A program made the position numbers and the translations under genes. Shown here in pieces: positions 37,813 to 48,639 of a stretch of DNA of 64,000 nt. Under the pieces are notes generated by a model. The model was not told the origin of the DNA. It worked only from the letters and a program-made list of their open reading frames with translations, and searched no databases. Each line of letters starts with the position of its first letter. Position 1 is the first letter of the stretch. Origin of the DNA: Antedon mediterranea (lineage: Eukaryota; Animalia; Echinodermata); contig NC_092670.1 in assembly GCF_964355755.1 (NCBI RefSeq), positions 23,050,795 through 23,114,794 on the forward strand, in the 5' to 3' direction.

Positions 37813-40800
37813 ATGGATATGGAATTCATAGCAGTAGTTAGTATCTTTTTGTTGATTATCTTTACAATGATAATTTATTTGTGTAAGAATGTGAATAAAG
37901 AAGTTACAAGTAAAAAGCAGATTTTTGTCAATACAACTGGTAATGTTAATAATGGAGTTATGGATAAGACAGCAGAATTTAAAATAGTTGTAAATGACAT
38001 CTTGGACCTACTTGATGAATGCTGTTCAACTGAGAATGTCACAGACGAGAGAAATGATGATACAGGTAATGTCAATTGTGAATTTATGAAAGATACAACT
38101 GAATTTAAAGGAATAATTGATGATATCATAAACATATTATCTTATGGTACAGAGGTCACTTCAGAGTTTGATGATACATGCGATTTCTGTAATATTGAAG
38201 TGAAAGTAGACGACAATTGCATAACATGTGACTGTTGTAGTCAATATTTTCATGTGAAATGTGTAAGAGATGTTTTTGAAGACAAACTATGTAATTCCCG
38301 GGTAATTTGGATTTGTTCAATGTGTGGAAATAGTAATTTTGTTGATAACATGTTGGGTGAAATAGGAATTCCCTGTCATTTCAATAGATATACGATTCTA
38401 GAACCTGATGAATCTGTCACGTCAGACTTTCCAGAATTAACGAAAAATAAAGAAAAACGTTGTAATAATGCAAAATTAAAATGTCAACAAACAGAAAGTG
38501 AAGATTTACTTGGTAGTGATTGGATGAGAGTAAGATCAAAGAAAAGAACCGACAACAGAAAAAAAAGATGTAAAAATAGAGGAAATAAGAAAAGGAGAAA
38601 GCGCGTTATAAATGGTATTAGTATAGAACCAGGTGTAAAATATATTGGCAAAGGTGTAAAAGATTTCTATGAAAGACGAAATAACAAAATGGAATGGAAT
38701 ATGAGTACAAATACTTACAGAGAATACAACAAAGAAAATGCTAAGACGAATGTATTGGGAAATTCACAAACAATAATTGACGACAGTGGTAGGCCTATGT
38801 GTGATGTTTTGAAAAATACAAAAGTTACACACGGAATACAACAACAATCAGGTGGTGGTTCGAAACGTTTACGAAATAACAAGGGTCGTTTTGTCAAAAC
38901 TAAGAAGATTGATAACAAAAAAGAACAAGGTAATGTGGACCTGAATTTAAAGAATGATTGCGATACTATGGAACGGTTTGACAAAAATATAAAGAACATG
39001 GGTAATAATGACAATTCAGAAACGAAAACTGACGAGGATTTTAAAATGAAATGTACTGTAGAAAACGACAACACAGCGACCGACGATGCGAAAGCACAAA
39101 ATAATAGCAAAACGAATGACAGAAGTAGAATAATTGATAGTAATGGTACAGATCATAAAAATCAAACATGTGCAAGTTGTGAATTTGAGGAAAATGAAGT
39201 ATTGATAATTGATGACGGATGCAAACAAGCAGTGACTGAAAAAATTAGGTCCCATACTAAACCTAAATGTGACCAACATACTATCGATGTGGATATTGAA
39301 GTTTTAACAAAAAATAATTTTTCGGAAGAATTGATAATCGATGATGTACCAAAACGAAAAAATACACGAAAAAGGCAGAAAACACAATCAATAAATGAAT
39401 TACAAGTATATAATAGTAATGCAAATATAACTGTAGCACAGGGTAATTTTAATCAAGGGAATTACAGATTTGGCTTTGCAAGTGGTAAACAGTGTGTTGC
39501 AAATAGTCTTGTAGCTATTCTTTATTCTACAAAGAGGAATGGAAATGAATTTTACACCAAAGACCTTGATACAATATTGACTCTTGGAAACGAGTTGTAC
39601 CGTTACATTCAGAAAGATTCCACTATGCACGAGGACCTTTTAATGATTTCTGAACTGCCGAAAGAATTGGATATCTTGGATAACACATTTGTAATATCTC
39701 CCAAAGAATCAGTTTTTGGCATAATAGATGGGAATCTCGAATTTATGGCTGAATATGGAGCCTTGTCATTAAACCAAGCTCTTGAACAAGAATTACACCA
39801 ACATGATGCATTTTTTATGAATTTCAACAGAAGCACATTTTCTATTATCAAACGTGTAAATGGATTTCTTATATTTGATCCACATGCAAGAGATCGATTT
39901 GGTTGTGTTAGTGAACATGGGAAGAGTATTTTACTTTACAGTCCATCTTGGCAAGGTGTGTACGATTATTGTATAAGATTAGCAAGGTCAATGAACTGTA
40001 ATTTACATGAAACCGAGTTTGAACTGACTGGTGTAAATATTGAAAATAAGTGTATGATGTTATGTTCCGCTTCTGTGCTCGATGATAATTGTGAACAAAG
40101 CAACTTGGGAAACGTCGATGTTGATGAACCTAGTACGTCTTATCAGTATAAATGTAGTACAAGATTACCAGACAAGAATATTGATTATAAAGTTAAAGGC
40201 AAAACACATAATAAAGAAGGTCATGTCTCATCAAGTAATGAATGGCAAAGTGATAGTGATATTGAAATTGTTAATGTTCAGTATGGAGAAAGACCTGACA
40301 AGAATTTTAAATTTATTCCAATCACAGAAGCACAAAAGAAAAACATGTGTAAAGAAGTAGGCATTCATTGTGAACATACCGATATGAATTGTGGTATTAA
40401 CAGAGCTAGTCAGATTGGACATCCTCTTCAAATTACGAATATTACAGGTGATGGTAATTGTTTTTATCGTGCAATTTCATACATTATTTCTGGGACTGAA
40501 GATAATCATTTACTTTTAAGAAGAGCAATTACTAATCATTTATTGGAAACTGATGACTTATTTATTAATACATTTAGTCACGAATATAGATCAGTTAAGG
40601 AATATGTGTTTAAAAAAAGAGTAATGGATAATGGAACGTGGGCATCCAATACTGAAATAAGTGCAATGGCAAACTTTCTTAATACAGATATTTATTCATT
40701 TAATGATCAACTTTTGACGTGGCAATTGTTTTCTGCTAAAAAGCCGGGAAGAATAGATGATGTTACAACTGACAATGGTATATATATTTTGTACACCATG

Positions 40801-43800
40801 AATGTGCATTTTAATGTAGTAGAATCTGTCAATGTGAGTCAAAATAATGTTCAGGAAACAACAGGACAAGTTGATATGAATGTGACATCCCACAATAAAC
40901 TGTCAAATACAGAGGCGATTTTTTTGGTAAAGAATTCTACAACAAAGAAACGAAAGCAAACGGGAAATGAAACTTGTGACACATTTGAAGATATACAACC
41001 AAAACACAAACAGAGTAAAACTGTTGAAAGACCTTGTTCAGAAAGCAGAGTAAAACGAAAACGATCTTATAGAAATTCAAAAGAAATTAAAAAGAATCGA
41101 CAGAGAATTAAACGTCAAAGTGAAGAAAAAAAAAACTCAGAAGAAATAGATGAAATTAGAATCAAATATCAAAGTGATTCTGTATACAGAGAAGAAAAGA
41201 AACGTAAAGTAAAAGAGGCGCAACAAATAAGATATGGTGATGATGATTATAAGTTCAAAAAAAGGAAGGAAAACAGAGAAAGACAATACAAAATGTATAG
41301 ATGTGAACCAGAATATAATGTTAAGGTACGCAATAAAGCGAGACATAACTACAAAATTGATTTGGATTACCGAACAACTAAAAAAGCCAACAATCTGATA
41401 AATTATAAATTTAATGAAAAATTTACGCAAAATTTGAAAGAATCAAAGAAAAATAGATACAACAATGATACAATATTTAGACATAAATCTAGACAAGATA
41501 ATAAACAAAGAAATAAGGAAAAATATCACAATGATCCTAAATTTCGACAAAATTTGAAGCAAAAATTAGCAGCGAAGTATTGTAATAATTCAAAATTCAG
41601 AGAAAATGTTACGAAAACATTGGCAGAGAAGTATCGGAATAATTTGAAATTTCGACAAAAGTGTAAGCAGAAATTGGCAGAAAAGTATCGAAGTAATTTG
41701 AAATTTAGACAAAACTGTAAGCATAAATTGGCAGAGAAGTATCGGAGTAATTTGAAATTTAGACATAACTGTAAGCATAAATTGGCAGAGAAGTATCGGA
41801 GTAATTTGATATTTAGACAAAACTGTAAGCAAAAATTGGCAGAGAAGTATCGGAGTAATTTGAAATTTAGACAAAACTGTAAGCATAAATTGGCAGAAAA
41901 GTATCGGAGTAATTTGAAATTTAGACAAAACTGTAAGCATAAATTGGCAGAAAAGTATCGGAGTAATTTGATATTTAGACAAAACTGTAAAGAAAGATTA
42001 GCAAAAAAGTATCGGAGTAATTTGATATTTAGACAAAACTGTAAAGAAAGATTAGCAAAAAAGTATTGGAGTAATTTAAAATTTAGACAAAACTGTAAAC
42101 TAAAATTGGCAGAGAAATATCGAAGTAATTTAAAATTCCGTGAAAGTGTTAAGCAAAGGTGTAAGCAAAGATTTACAGAAAAGTATCATGGTGATAAAGG
42201 GTTCCGAAAAAATGTCATGAAGAAAAACATGAAGAATCGGGAAAAAAGGAAAACAAAAAACACTAATTTTGAGTTTGTTTTAGAAAACTTCAGAGAAACA
42301 GTTTCTCGTGGTCCTGAATATGTTTGTTGTGTATGCTTTAAAATGTTATTCAAAGATCAAGTTATGAAGTGCACCAAAGCTAAGTACAAAAATAAGGCTT
42401 GTATAAATGAAAAGTATTTGCATATTTGCAACAATGAATGTATTAAACCTTGTCAATTTATCGAATCACCAAGATGTCGTTTATGGATTTGTTTCACATG
42501 CCACAGGAAATTGTTAAACGGGAAAGTCCCTGCAGAAGCCAATTCAAACAATTTACAACTACACGATATTCCTCCTGAGCTTAGGTGTTTAAATAATTTA
42601 GAGCAGCATTTGATTGGATTGAATATTCCTTTTATGAAATTAATGAATTTACCTAAAGGTGGACAGCATGGAATACATGGACCTGTTGTATGTGTACCTT
42701 CAAATACTATTAAAACTGTAAAAATGCTTCCTAGACCACAGGTTGATGATCAATTAATATCTGTAAAATTGAAGCGAAAGTTGTCTTACAAAGGTTATTA
42801 CAAATATAAATTTGTTAACACTGCCAATGTTATTCAAGCTCTTAGATATTTACAGGATCATAACAAGTGCTATTTTGATATAGCTATTAATGAAGAATGG
42901 CACAATTATTTATCTGAAGATAACATCGAAAGGGAAACTACTAATGAAAATGAAAACAATGAAGAAGAAGAAAATGAAGAAGAAATAGAAGACCGATTAT
43001 GTGGTGCTACCTTTGATACAAGTCTTCAACCTGTTGACAGGCGACAAAATTTGGTTGATGAATATTTTAATGACATAATTTGTTGTGCACCATGTGAAAA
43101 TAATAGTCCTATTGCATTGTTAAGTAATAAAAGCAATGAAGCAAAATCATTTCCAGTTTTATTTCCAACAGGCCAACCAACATTCCATGATACGAGAGAT
43201 GTTAAAATAACACTTGGACGTTATTTTCACAATAGATTAATGCATATAGATAACAGGTTTGCACAAAATACAGAATTCATATTTTATGCTCAATCTTTAT
43301 ATGAACTTCAACAAATTTTATCAAGTATTTCTATTGCATTGCGAAAAGGGTCAAGTAAAAAAGATGATTTTAGCAAAGTTACTGTATCCGATTTAAAAAA
43401 TGTTACCAAAATTCAGGAGATTTTAAAATCTGATAGGGGTTATAAATTTCTAAAACAAATTCGTGGAACTCCACCGTACTGGCAAGCTACACAAAAAGAT
43501 ATAATAGCAATGGTTAGACAGATTGGAAAACCAACATTCTTTCTTTCATTCTCAAGTGCTGATTTCCGTTGGAAAGAAATAATGACGACATTGCTAAGTC
43601 AGTCTGGAGACCAAAGAAACATTGAAGAATTAGAATGGGCAGATAAATGTAATTTGTTGAAATCAAATCCAGTGACTGTTGCCAGAATGTTTGATAAACG
43701 CTTTCATACTTATTTGAAAAATGTAATTTTGTCTCAAGCACAGCCTATTGGTAAAGTCGTAGATTATTTTTATCGAATTGAATTTCAAATGAGAGGAAGT

Positions 43801-46800
43801 CCACATGTTCATATGTTAGTATGGGTTGAAAATGCTCCTATTTTTGGTACAGATAAAGATAATGAAGTTATTAATTTTGTTGATAAATATATTTCTTGTG
43901 CTGTGCCATGTGAAACTGTAGATCGTGAACTGAATGAAATTGTTAAAAGTGTGCAAATTCACAGTAAAAGACATTCTAAATCATGTAAAAAAAAGGGAAC
44001 AAATTGCAGATTTAACTTTCCCAGACAACCTTCTGGAAATACATTTGTTATGAGACCTACAATTGTGGATAAAGACAATGATGATAATGATGACAATAAA
44101 CAAGCAACGGAGCTGTTAACCTCAGTAAAAGATGCTGTGACTAATGAAGAAACATATAAAAATGCAATAGAACTTTTCCAAAGTTTAGGTATTACACAGA
44201 GTGCATTTGAGAAAGCAAATAATTGTGTAGCTACTGAGGAAAAAATTGTTATAAAGAGAAACCCTCAAGATGTGTGGGTAAATCAATATAATCCTTCCTT
44301 ATTGAGAGCATGGAATGCAAATATGGATATTCAATATATTACAAATGTATATGCATGTATAATTTACGTTATAGGATATATGTCAAAATCTGAACGTGAA
44401 ATGGGTTTACTGTTAAATCATGCAGCATCAGAAGTAAAAGAAGGCAATGAAGATGCTAGGCAAAGTTTGCGAAAACTTGGTAATGTTTATATGAATAATC
44501 GAGAAGTGTCTGCACAAGAAAGTATTTATCGTGTTTGTAGTTTAAGATTAAAAGAATGTTCAAGGAAAGTTGAATTTATCCCAGTAGGACCTAATCCTGT
44601 CAGAATGAGTTTACCACTAAGTGTAATTAAAAACAAAGAAGATGATGATGTAAGTGCATGGTTGCCAAATAAGATCGACAAATATAAAGCTCGACCTAAT
44701 AGTTCTGAATTTAATAAAATGTGCCTTGCAAAATTTTGTTCGGAATATAGAATATTGAGTTCATCAGAAATGAAAGGAAACAAACAAAAAAAGAATGTAT
44801 TTCAGTTAAAAAAACAGTTGGGATTCATCCAAAAAAGAACACGAACTAGTAATGCTATAGTAAGATACCCTCGATTTCCAATGGATACAGCACCTGAGAA
44901 ATATTTTTTGAGTATACTTCAGTTATTTCTACCATTTCGAAAAGATGAACAGTTAAAACCTCCAAATTTTGAAACGTATGAACAATTTCATGAGAAAGGA
45001 TGTGTGAAATTATGTGGTTGTCAATTACAAACGGTAAAGTCAATAGTTCATGGAAACATGGAACAATATGAAAAAAGTGCTGAAGATGTTGAAGAAGCAC
45101 GGGAATGTTTATCAAAATTTGGACCACAGGAAGATGCATGGAGTTTATTATGTCCAGAAAGCGAAAAAGAAAGGTTAGACAACCCAAAGCCAAATGTAGA
45201 GGTTGATGATGAAGAAGATGAATTTTTCATTCCCGATTTTGGAATTCAAAAAAATCATACATCTAAAGTAGAGTCTAATTCATCTAATATTCCAAGACCA
45301 GAATTGAACAAAATGATTCGATCTTTAAATGAAAAACAACAACATATATTTTATAAGACAAGACAATGGTGTTTAGACAAAGCTAATGGTAAAAAACCTG
45401 AAGCATTTTACACTTTCATAACTGGTGGCGCTGGTACAGGAAAAAGTCATTTGGTAAACTGTATTTATAATGAAGCGACACGTATTCTTGGAAAAATTAT
45501 GGAAAATCCCGATGATTTGTCAATATTGAAATTAGCTCCTACAGGAATCGCAGCATATAATATTAAAGGCCAAACAATTCATAGCGCTTTGTCTATCCCG
45601 ATTAATATTTCACTTCCGTATCAACCACTTGGAGAAGAAAAAATAAGTGCACTTCGTAATAAATTGGGCCAGTTGCAAATTGTTATTATAGATGAAATAT
45701 CAATGGTAAATCAAAGGTTACTTTGGTATATCCACGGACGATTAAGGCAAATAAAACAAGTACGCAACGATAGTCCATTTGGTAACATTTCAGTAATTGC
45801 TGTTGGTGATTTTTATCAGTTACCCCCGGTTATGGGCAGTTCGTTATACAAAGACACATTGGAAAGCTCACTGTGGATAGATAACTTTAAGCAAGTACAG
45901 TTAGATCAAATCATGAGGCAAAAAGAAGATAAAGAATTTGCTTTATTGTTAAACAAATTGCGTACAAAAGAAAAACATGATTGTTTGTCTGATAACGATT
46001 TATTAGTTCTAAAATCACGTGAAACAGGTGAAGAATGTGAAGATGCTGTTCACATTTACCCACGCAACAAACAAGTTAATGAATGGAATAAAAAAATGTT
46101 GCACAGAACCTGTACAGACATTGTATGCATTGAAGCAGAAGATAGTGTAGTAAACGCCAAGAAACAGACCAAAAATTGTGACAAACCTCGGAATTCACGT
46201 CAAACTAGTTTACTAAATTATTTGTGGATTGCACTTAATGCCAGAGTGATGTTGATTAAAAATGTAGATGTTAAAAAAGGCTTAACGAATGGATGTATGG
46301 GACATGTTTATGAAATAGTCAAACCCAATAATAACGCCAAACCAGTATCTATTAAAGTAAAGTTTGATAATAATGACATTGGTATTCAGGCAATTGAAAT
46401 GTTTAAAGAATCTATGGGGGAAAAATACAGTCGAAAACAATTTCCTCTCAAATTAGCATATGCATGCACAGTTCATAAAGTGCAAGGAATGACAATGGAT
46501 AAAGCAGTGGTTTGCCTTAAAGATACTTTTACGCATGGACAAGCATATGTTGGCCTCAGTCGTGTTACTTCAATATCTGGACTTACTATTGAAAATTTTA
46601 AACCTAGTCTGATTTATTGTGATCCAAACATAAAGAAGTGCTTAAATAATATGGATTCATACGTACAATGTGATAAACAAGGTCATGATTCGGATTCTAG
46701 ATTTTCAATAATGTTACATAACATTCAAGGGCTTAAACAACATTTTGTTGATCTTCAGTGTAATGATTTGTTTATGAATTCTAATATACTATGTCTAACT

Positions 46801-47355
46801 GAAACATGGTTGAACAAGGATGATGATGTTTTTGACGTACGCATTGAGCCGTATAAATGTTATCACCAAGCAAGGTATGATTCGTATTCTAATACAAATG
46901 ATCTCAGTTCCAAAATAAAACATCAGGCTCATGGTGGCGTTGCAGTGTATGTCAAGAACACGTCTTCAAGCAGATTAAACATATGTAATAATGATATAGA
47001 AGCAGTTTCATTTTTAATAACAAGTCCGATTTCTATTGCCGTGTCAGTAATTTATCGACCCCCAAGTTATGATATTAATCAATTCTGTCAAAATTTGAGA
47101 AAACATTTGGAAGAGTTACATAAAATGAGTACAAAATGTATTGTAATGGGTGATTTTAATGAAAATCTTTTCAAACAATCTTCCAGAGTGAATAATTTAA
47201 TGGCAGAGAATGAGTACAAACAACATGTTACATGTTCTACAACTGAAAACAATACATTGATTGATCATGTCTATAGCAAAGGTCTTGATTCAGTACAGGC
47301 TGAAGTAATTCCAGTTTATTACAGCTATCATGAAGCCATTCAAATTAAATTTTAA
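37813..47355 (+). CDS. Helentron transposase (3180 aa): hydrophobic N-terminus, PHD finger, herpes-tegument-type (C76-like) protease, OTU protease, basic repeats, Zn-binding region, HUH Rep, PIF1 helicase, AP/EEP endonuclease
   Basis: Single intact ORF with an in-frame TGA at 37807. PHD C4HC3 at 38179-38325. QGNFNQG..F...GKQCVANS...FDPH at ~39435-39890. GDGNCFYRA...W...EI...HF at 40441-40820. EFQMRGSPHVHMLVW (~43780) and YVIGYMSK (~44365). GGAGTGKS at 45424, DEISMV, GDFYQLPPV, TVHKVQG. ETWL, YRPP, GDFN, IDH and SYH at 46710-47350. Confidence 0.96.
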   Translation: MDMEFIAVVSIFLLIIFTMIIYLCKNVNKEVTSKKQIFVNTTGNVNNGVMDKTAEFKIVVNDILDLLDECCSTENVTDERNDDTGNVNCEFMKDTTEFKGIIDDIINILSYGTEVTSEFDDTCDFCNIEVKVDDNCITCDCCSQYFHVKCVRDVFEDKLCNSRVIWICSMCGNSNFVDNMLGEIGIPCHFNRYTILEPDESVTSDFPELTKNKEKRCNNAKLKCQQTESEDLLGSDWMRVRSKKRTDNRKKRCKNRGNKKRRKRVINGISIEPGVKYIGKGVKDFYERRNNKMEWNMSTNTYREYNKENAKTNVLGNSQTIIDDSGRPMCDVLKNTKVTHGIQQQSGGGSKRLRNNKGRFVKTKKIDNKKEQGNVDLNLKNDCDTMERFDKNIKNMGNNDNSETKTDEDFKMKCTVENDNTATDDAKAQNNSKTNDRSRIIDSNGTDHKNQTCASCEFEENEVLIIDDGCKQAVTEKIRSHTKPKCDQHTIDVDIEVLTKNNFSEELIIDDVPKRKNTRKRQKTQSINELQVYNSNANITVAQGNFNQGNYRFGFASGKQCVANSLVAILYSTKRNGNEFYTKDLDTILTLGNELYRYIQKDSTMHEDLLMISELPKELDILDNTFVISPKESVFGIIDGNLEFMAEYGALSLNQALEQELHQHDAFFMNFNRSTFSIIKRVNGFLIFDPHARDRFGCVSEHGKSILLYSPSWQGVYDYCIRLARSMNCNLHETEFELTGVNIENKCMMLCSASVLDDNCEQSNLGNVDVDEPSTSYQYKCSTRLPDKNIDYKVKGKTHNKEGHVSSSNEWQSDSDIEIVNVQYGERPDKNFKFIPITEAQKKNMCKEVGIHCEHTDMNCGINRASQIGHPLQITNITGDGNCFYRAISYIISGTEDNHLLLRRAITNHLLETDDLFINTFSHEYRSVKEYVFKKRVMDNGTWASNTEISAMANFLNTDIYSFNDQLLTWQLFSAKKPGRIDDVTTDNGIYILYTMNVHFNVVESVNVSQNNVQETTGQVDMNVTSHNKLSNTEAIFLVKNSTTKKRKQTGNETCDTFEDIQPKHKQSKTVERPCSESRVKRKRSYRNSKEIKKNRQRIKRQSEEKKNSEEIDEIRIKYQSDSVYREEKKRKVKEAQQIRYGDDDYKFKKRKENRERQYKMYRCEPEYNVKVRNKARHNYKIDLDYRTTKKANNLINYKFNEKFTQNLKESKKNRYNNDTIFRHKSRQDNKQRNKEKYHNDPKFRQNLKQKLAAKYCNNSKFRENVTKTLAEKYRNNLKFRQKCKQKLAEKYRSNLKFRQNCKHKLAEKYRSNLKFRHNCKHKLAEKYRSNLIFRQNCKQKLAEKYRSNLKFRQNCKHKLAEKYRSNLKFRQNCKHKLAEKYRSNLIFRQNCKERLAKKYRSNLIFRQNCKERLAKKYWSNLKFRQNCKLKLAEKYRSNLKFRESVKQRCKQRFTEKYHGDKGFRKNVMKKNMKNREKRKTKNTNFEFVLENFRETVSRGPEYVCCVCFKMLFKDQVMKCTKAKYKNKACINEKYLHICNNECIKPCQFIESPRCRLWICFTCHRKLLNGKVPAEANSNNLQLHDIPPELRCLNNLEQHLIGLNIPFMKLMNLPKGGQHGIHGPVVCVPSNTIKTVKMLPRPQVDDQLISVKLKRKLSYKGYYKYKFVNTANVIQALRYLQDHNKCYFDIAINEEWHNYLSEDNIERETTNENENNEEEENEEEIEDRLCGATFDTSLQPVDRRQNLVDEYFNDIICCAPCENNSPIALLSNKSNEAKSFPVLFPTGQPTFHDTRDVKITLGRYFHNRLMHIDNRFAQNTEFIFYAQSLYELQQILSSISIALRKGSSKKDDFSKVTVSDLKNVTKIQEILKSDRGYKFLKQIRGTPPYWQATQKDIIAMVRQIGKPTFFLSFSSADFRWKEIMTTLLSQSGDQRNIEELEWADKCNLLKSNPVTVARMFDKRFHTYLKNVILSQAQPIGKVVDYFYRIEFQMRGSPHVHMLVWVENAPIFGTDKDNEVINFVDKYISCAVPCETVDRELNEIVKSVQIHSKRHSKSCKKKGTNCRFNFPRQPSGNTFVMRPTIVDKDNDDNDDNKQATELLTSVKDAVTNEETYKNAIELFQSLGITQSAFEKANNCVATEEKIVIKRNPQDVWVNQYNPSLLRAWNANMDIQYITNVYACIIYVIGYMSKSEREMGLLLNHAASEVKEGNEDARQSLRKLGNVYMNNREVSAQESIYRVCSLRLKECSRKVEFIPVGPNPVRMSLPLSVIKNKEDDDVSAWLPNKIDKYKARPNSSEFNKMCLAKFCSEYRILSSSEMKGNKQKKNVFQLKKQLGFIQKRTRTSNAIVRYPRFPMDTAPEKYFLSILQLFLPFRKDEQLKPPNFETYEQFHEKGCVKLCGCQLQTVKSIVHGNMEQYEKSAEDVEEARECLSKFGPQEDAWSLLCPESEKERLDNPKPNVEVDDEEDEFFIPDFGIQKNHTSKVESNSSNIPRPELNKMIRSLNEKQQHIFYKTRQWCLDKANGKKPEAFYTFITGGAGTGKSHLVNCIYNEATRILGKIMENPDDLSILKLAPTGIAAYNIKGQTIHSALSIPINISLPYQPLGEEKISALRNKLGQLQIVIIDEISMVNQRLLWYIHGRLRQIKQVRNDSPFGNISVIAVGDFYQLPPVMGSSLYKDTLESSLWIDNFKQVQLDQIMRQKEDKEFALLLNKLRTKEKHDCLSDNDLLVLKSRETGEECEDAVHIYPRNKQVNEWNKKMLHRTCTDIVCIEAEDSVVNAKKQTKNCDKPRNSRQTSLLNYLWIALNARVMLIKNVDVKKGLTNGCMGHVYEIVKPNNNAKPVSIKVKFDNNDIGIQAIEMFKESMGEKYSRKQFPLKLAYACTVHKVQGMTMDKAVVCLKDTFTHGQAYVGLSRVTSISGLTIENFKPSLIYCDPNIKKCLNNMDSYVQCDKQGHDSDSRFSIMLHNIQGLKQHFVDLQCNDLFMNSNILCLTETWLNKDDDVFDVRIEPYKCYHQARYDSYSNTNDLSSKIKHQAHGGVAVYVKNTSSSRLNICNNDIEAVSFLITSPISIAVSVIYRPPSYDINQFCQNLRKHLEELHKMSTKCIVMGDFNENLFKQSSRVNNLMAENEYKQHVTCSTTENNTLIDHVYSKGLDSVQAEVIPVYYSYHEAIQIKF
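41560..42155 (+). repeat. In-frame 54-bp (18-aa) coding tandem repeat, ~11 copies
   Basis: KLAEKYRSNLKFRQNCK(H/Q) repeated, with more degenerate Y..D/N..FR repeats on both sides. Confidence 0.92.
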
Positions 47356-48639
47356 TTGCATCAATGGTTTTTAATTATTTTAATTATGTTTATGTAAATG
47401 GAAATTGAACTTGCATAGTATTATTATTTCGACTTGTTTATTGCATTTATGAAATGGCAAAAAGAGAAAAAACAAAATGAAATACTATTAGGGCTATCAA
47501 AATATATTAGTAAATAATAATAACAATTTATCCAACAGAATACTATAAAAAGTTTTTACAAATTGAAAATACAACTGGATACAAATCAAGACTCTCTATG
47601 CACAAGGGGCAGCGAATAATCTGTAACTTCAACCCATGTCATTCTCCTGTAAAGGAGAAACAATATCTGGTGAGTAAACATATTTTAATCTTGTTTTTAG
47701 GTGAGTTATATTATTATAAATATTGTTCTGAATTTGAATATGCAATGTTGCACATGATAAAGTTACATTTTATAGAGGAAGAAAATACGTTTTGTTTTAT
47801 ACGATTACCAATACTTCATTAGGTCTATACCTAATTTCAGTTCCATAATTTTTTGTTTTTTTATATTATTTTTCTATCTATCCCGGTCCACATGAAATTA
47901 ATAATATAGTAATTTACTAATTTGCAAGAATAATCAATTTATTTTGTTTTTGTTTTTAGGTGTTCAATGGAATGGTTTCATCTCTTCAATCATAATGGGA
48001 TCCGGATTTTTAGGCAGTCAGTTACTGCAGTCATTCGCTCTTTTATAGCAATTGTCTAAACGTGTCAAATGATTAAATTATTAATTATGTTGATGATACT
48101 TTCAAAATAAAAATCTTCTATAAATAGATCAATAAATATGCGTTTAATGAATCCACATTTAGCAAATTAACATGTATATAATGTACTAAGTAATATTATT
48201 GATCACCAAAATGTTCATGAACAGACTACTATATGTTGACAATTTTGTACAATTTACAATAACCAATGAAAGCTTTTATAAATACATACATTTTATACTT
48301 ATTTGTGGGTTTTCTTCAATTTGTTTGAAATAAAAGATTATTTTTAACAGTTATGGTCTTATAATATTAGTTTTATCAGAAATATTATATCTATTGGAGC
48401 AAGTTTCACTGTAACTGAGATTTCATTAAATCAAAACACGGAGTAGAGGAGACAAGAAATTATTATTATTCACACAATTCTTTAACTGGTTGTACTGTAG
48501 TATATTATGGTGTATATATACGGGAACAACATTGTTTTATGTCATAAAAAAATGAAAAATAGAGGTATGTCCATTTTCGAAAAGTAATTCATCTCAACGA
48601 GAACATACCAAATTTAATTTATAAAGACGTTTATTTCGC

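Noticed and set aside
37875-45230. Antisense and alternate-frame ORFs within RepHel (also 195-1211)
   Set aside because: Shadow ORFs of a long A-rich coding sequence and its 54-bp repeat.
46710-47352. AP endonuclease as part of a LINE retrotransposon
   Set aside because: It is fused in frame C-terminal to the PIF1 helicase in both copies and there is no reverse transcriptase. This arrangement is diagnostic of Helentrons.
1-47355. 44.66-kb offset repeat as an assembly artefact or host PIF1 gene duplication
   Set aside because: The copies differ by many substitutions and have different flanks. The intronless HUH-Rep fusion marks a transposase, not host PIF1.
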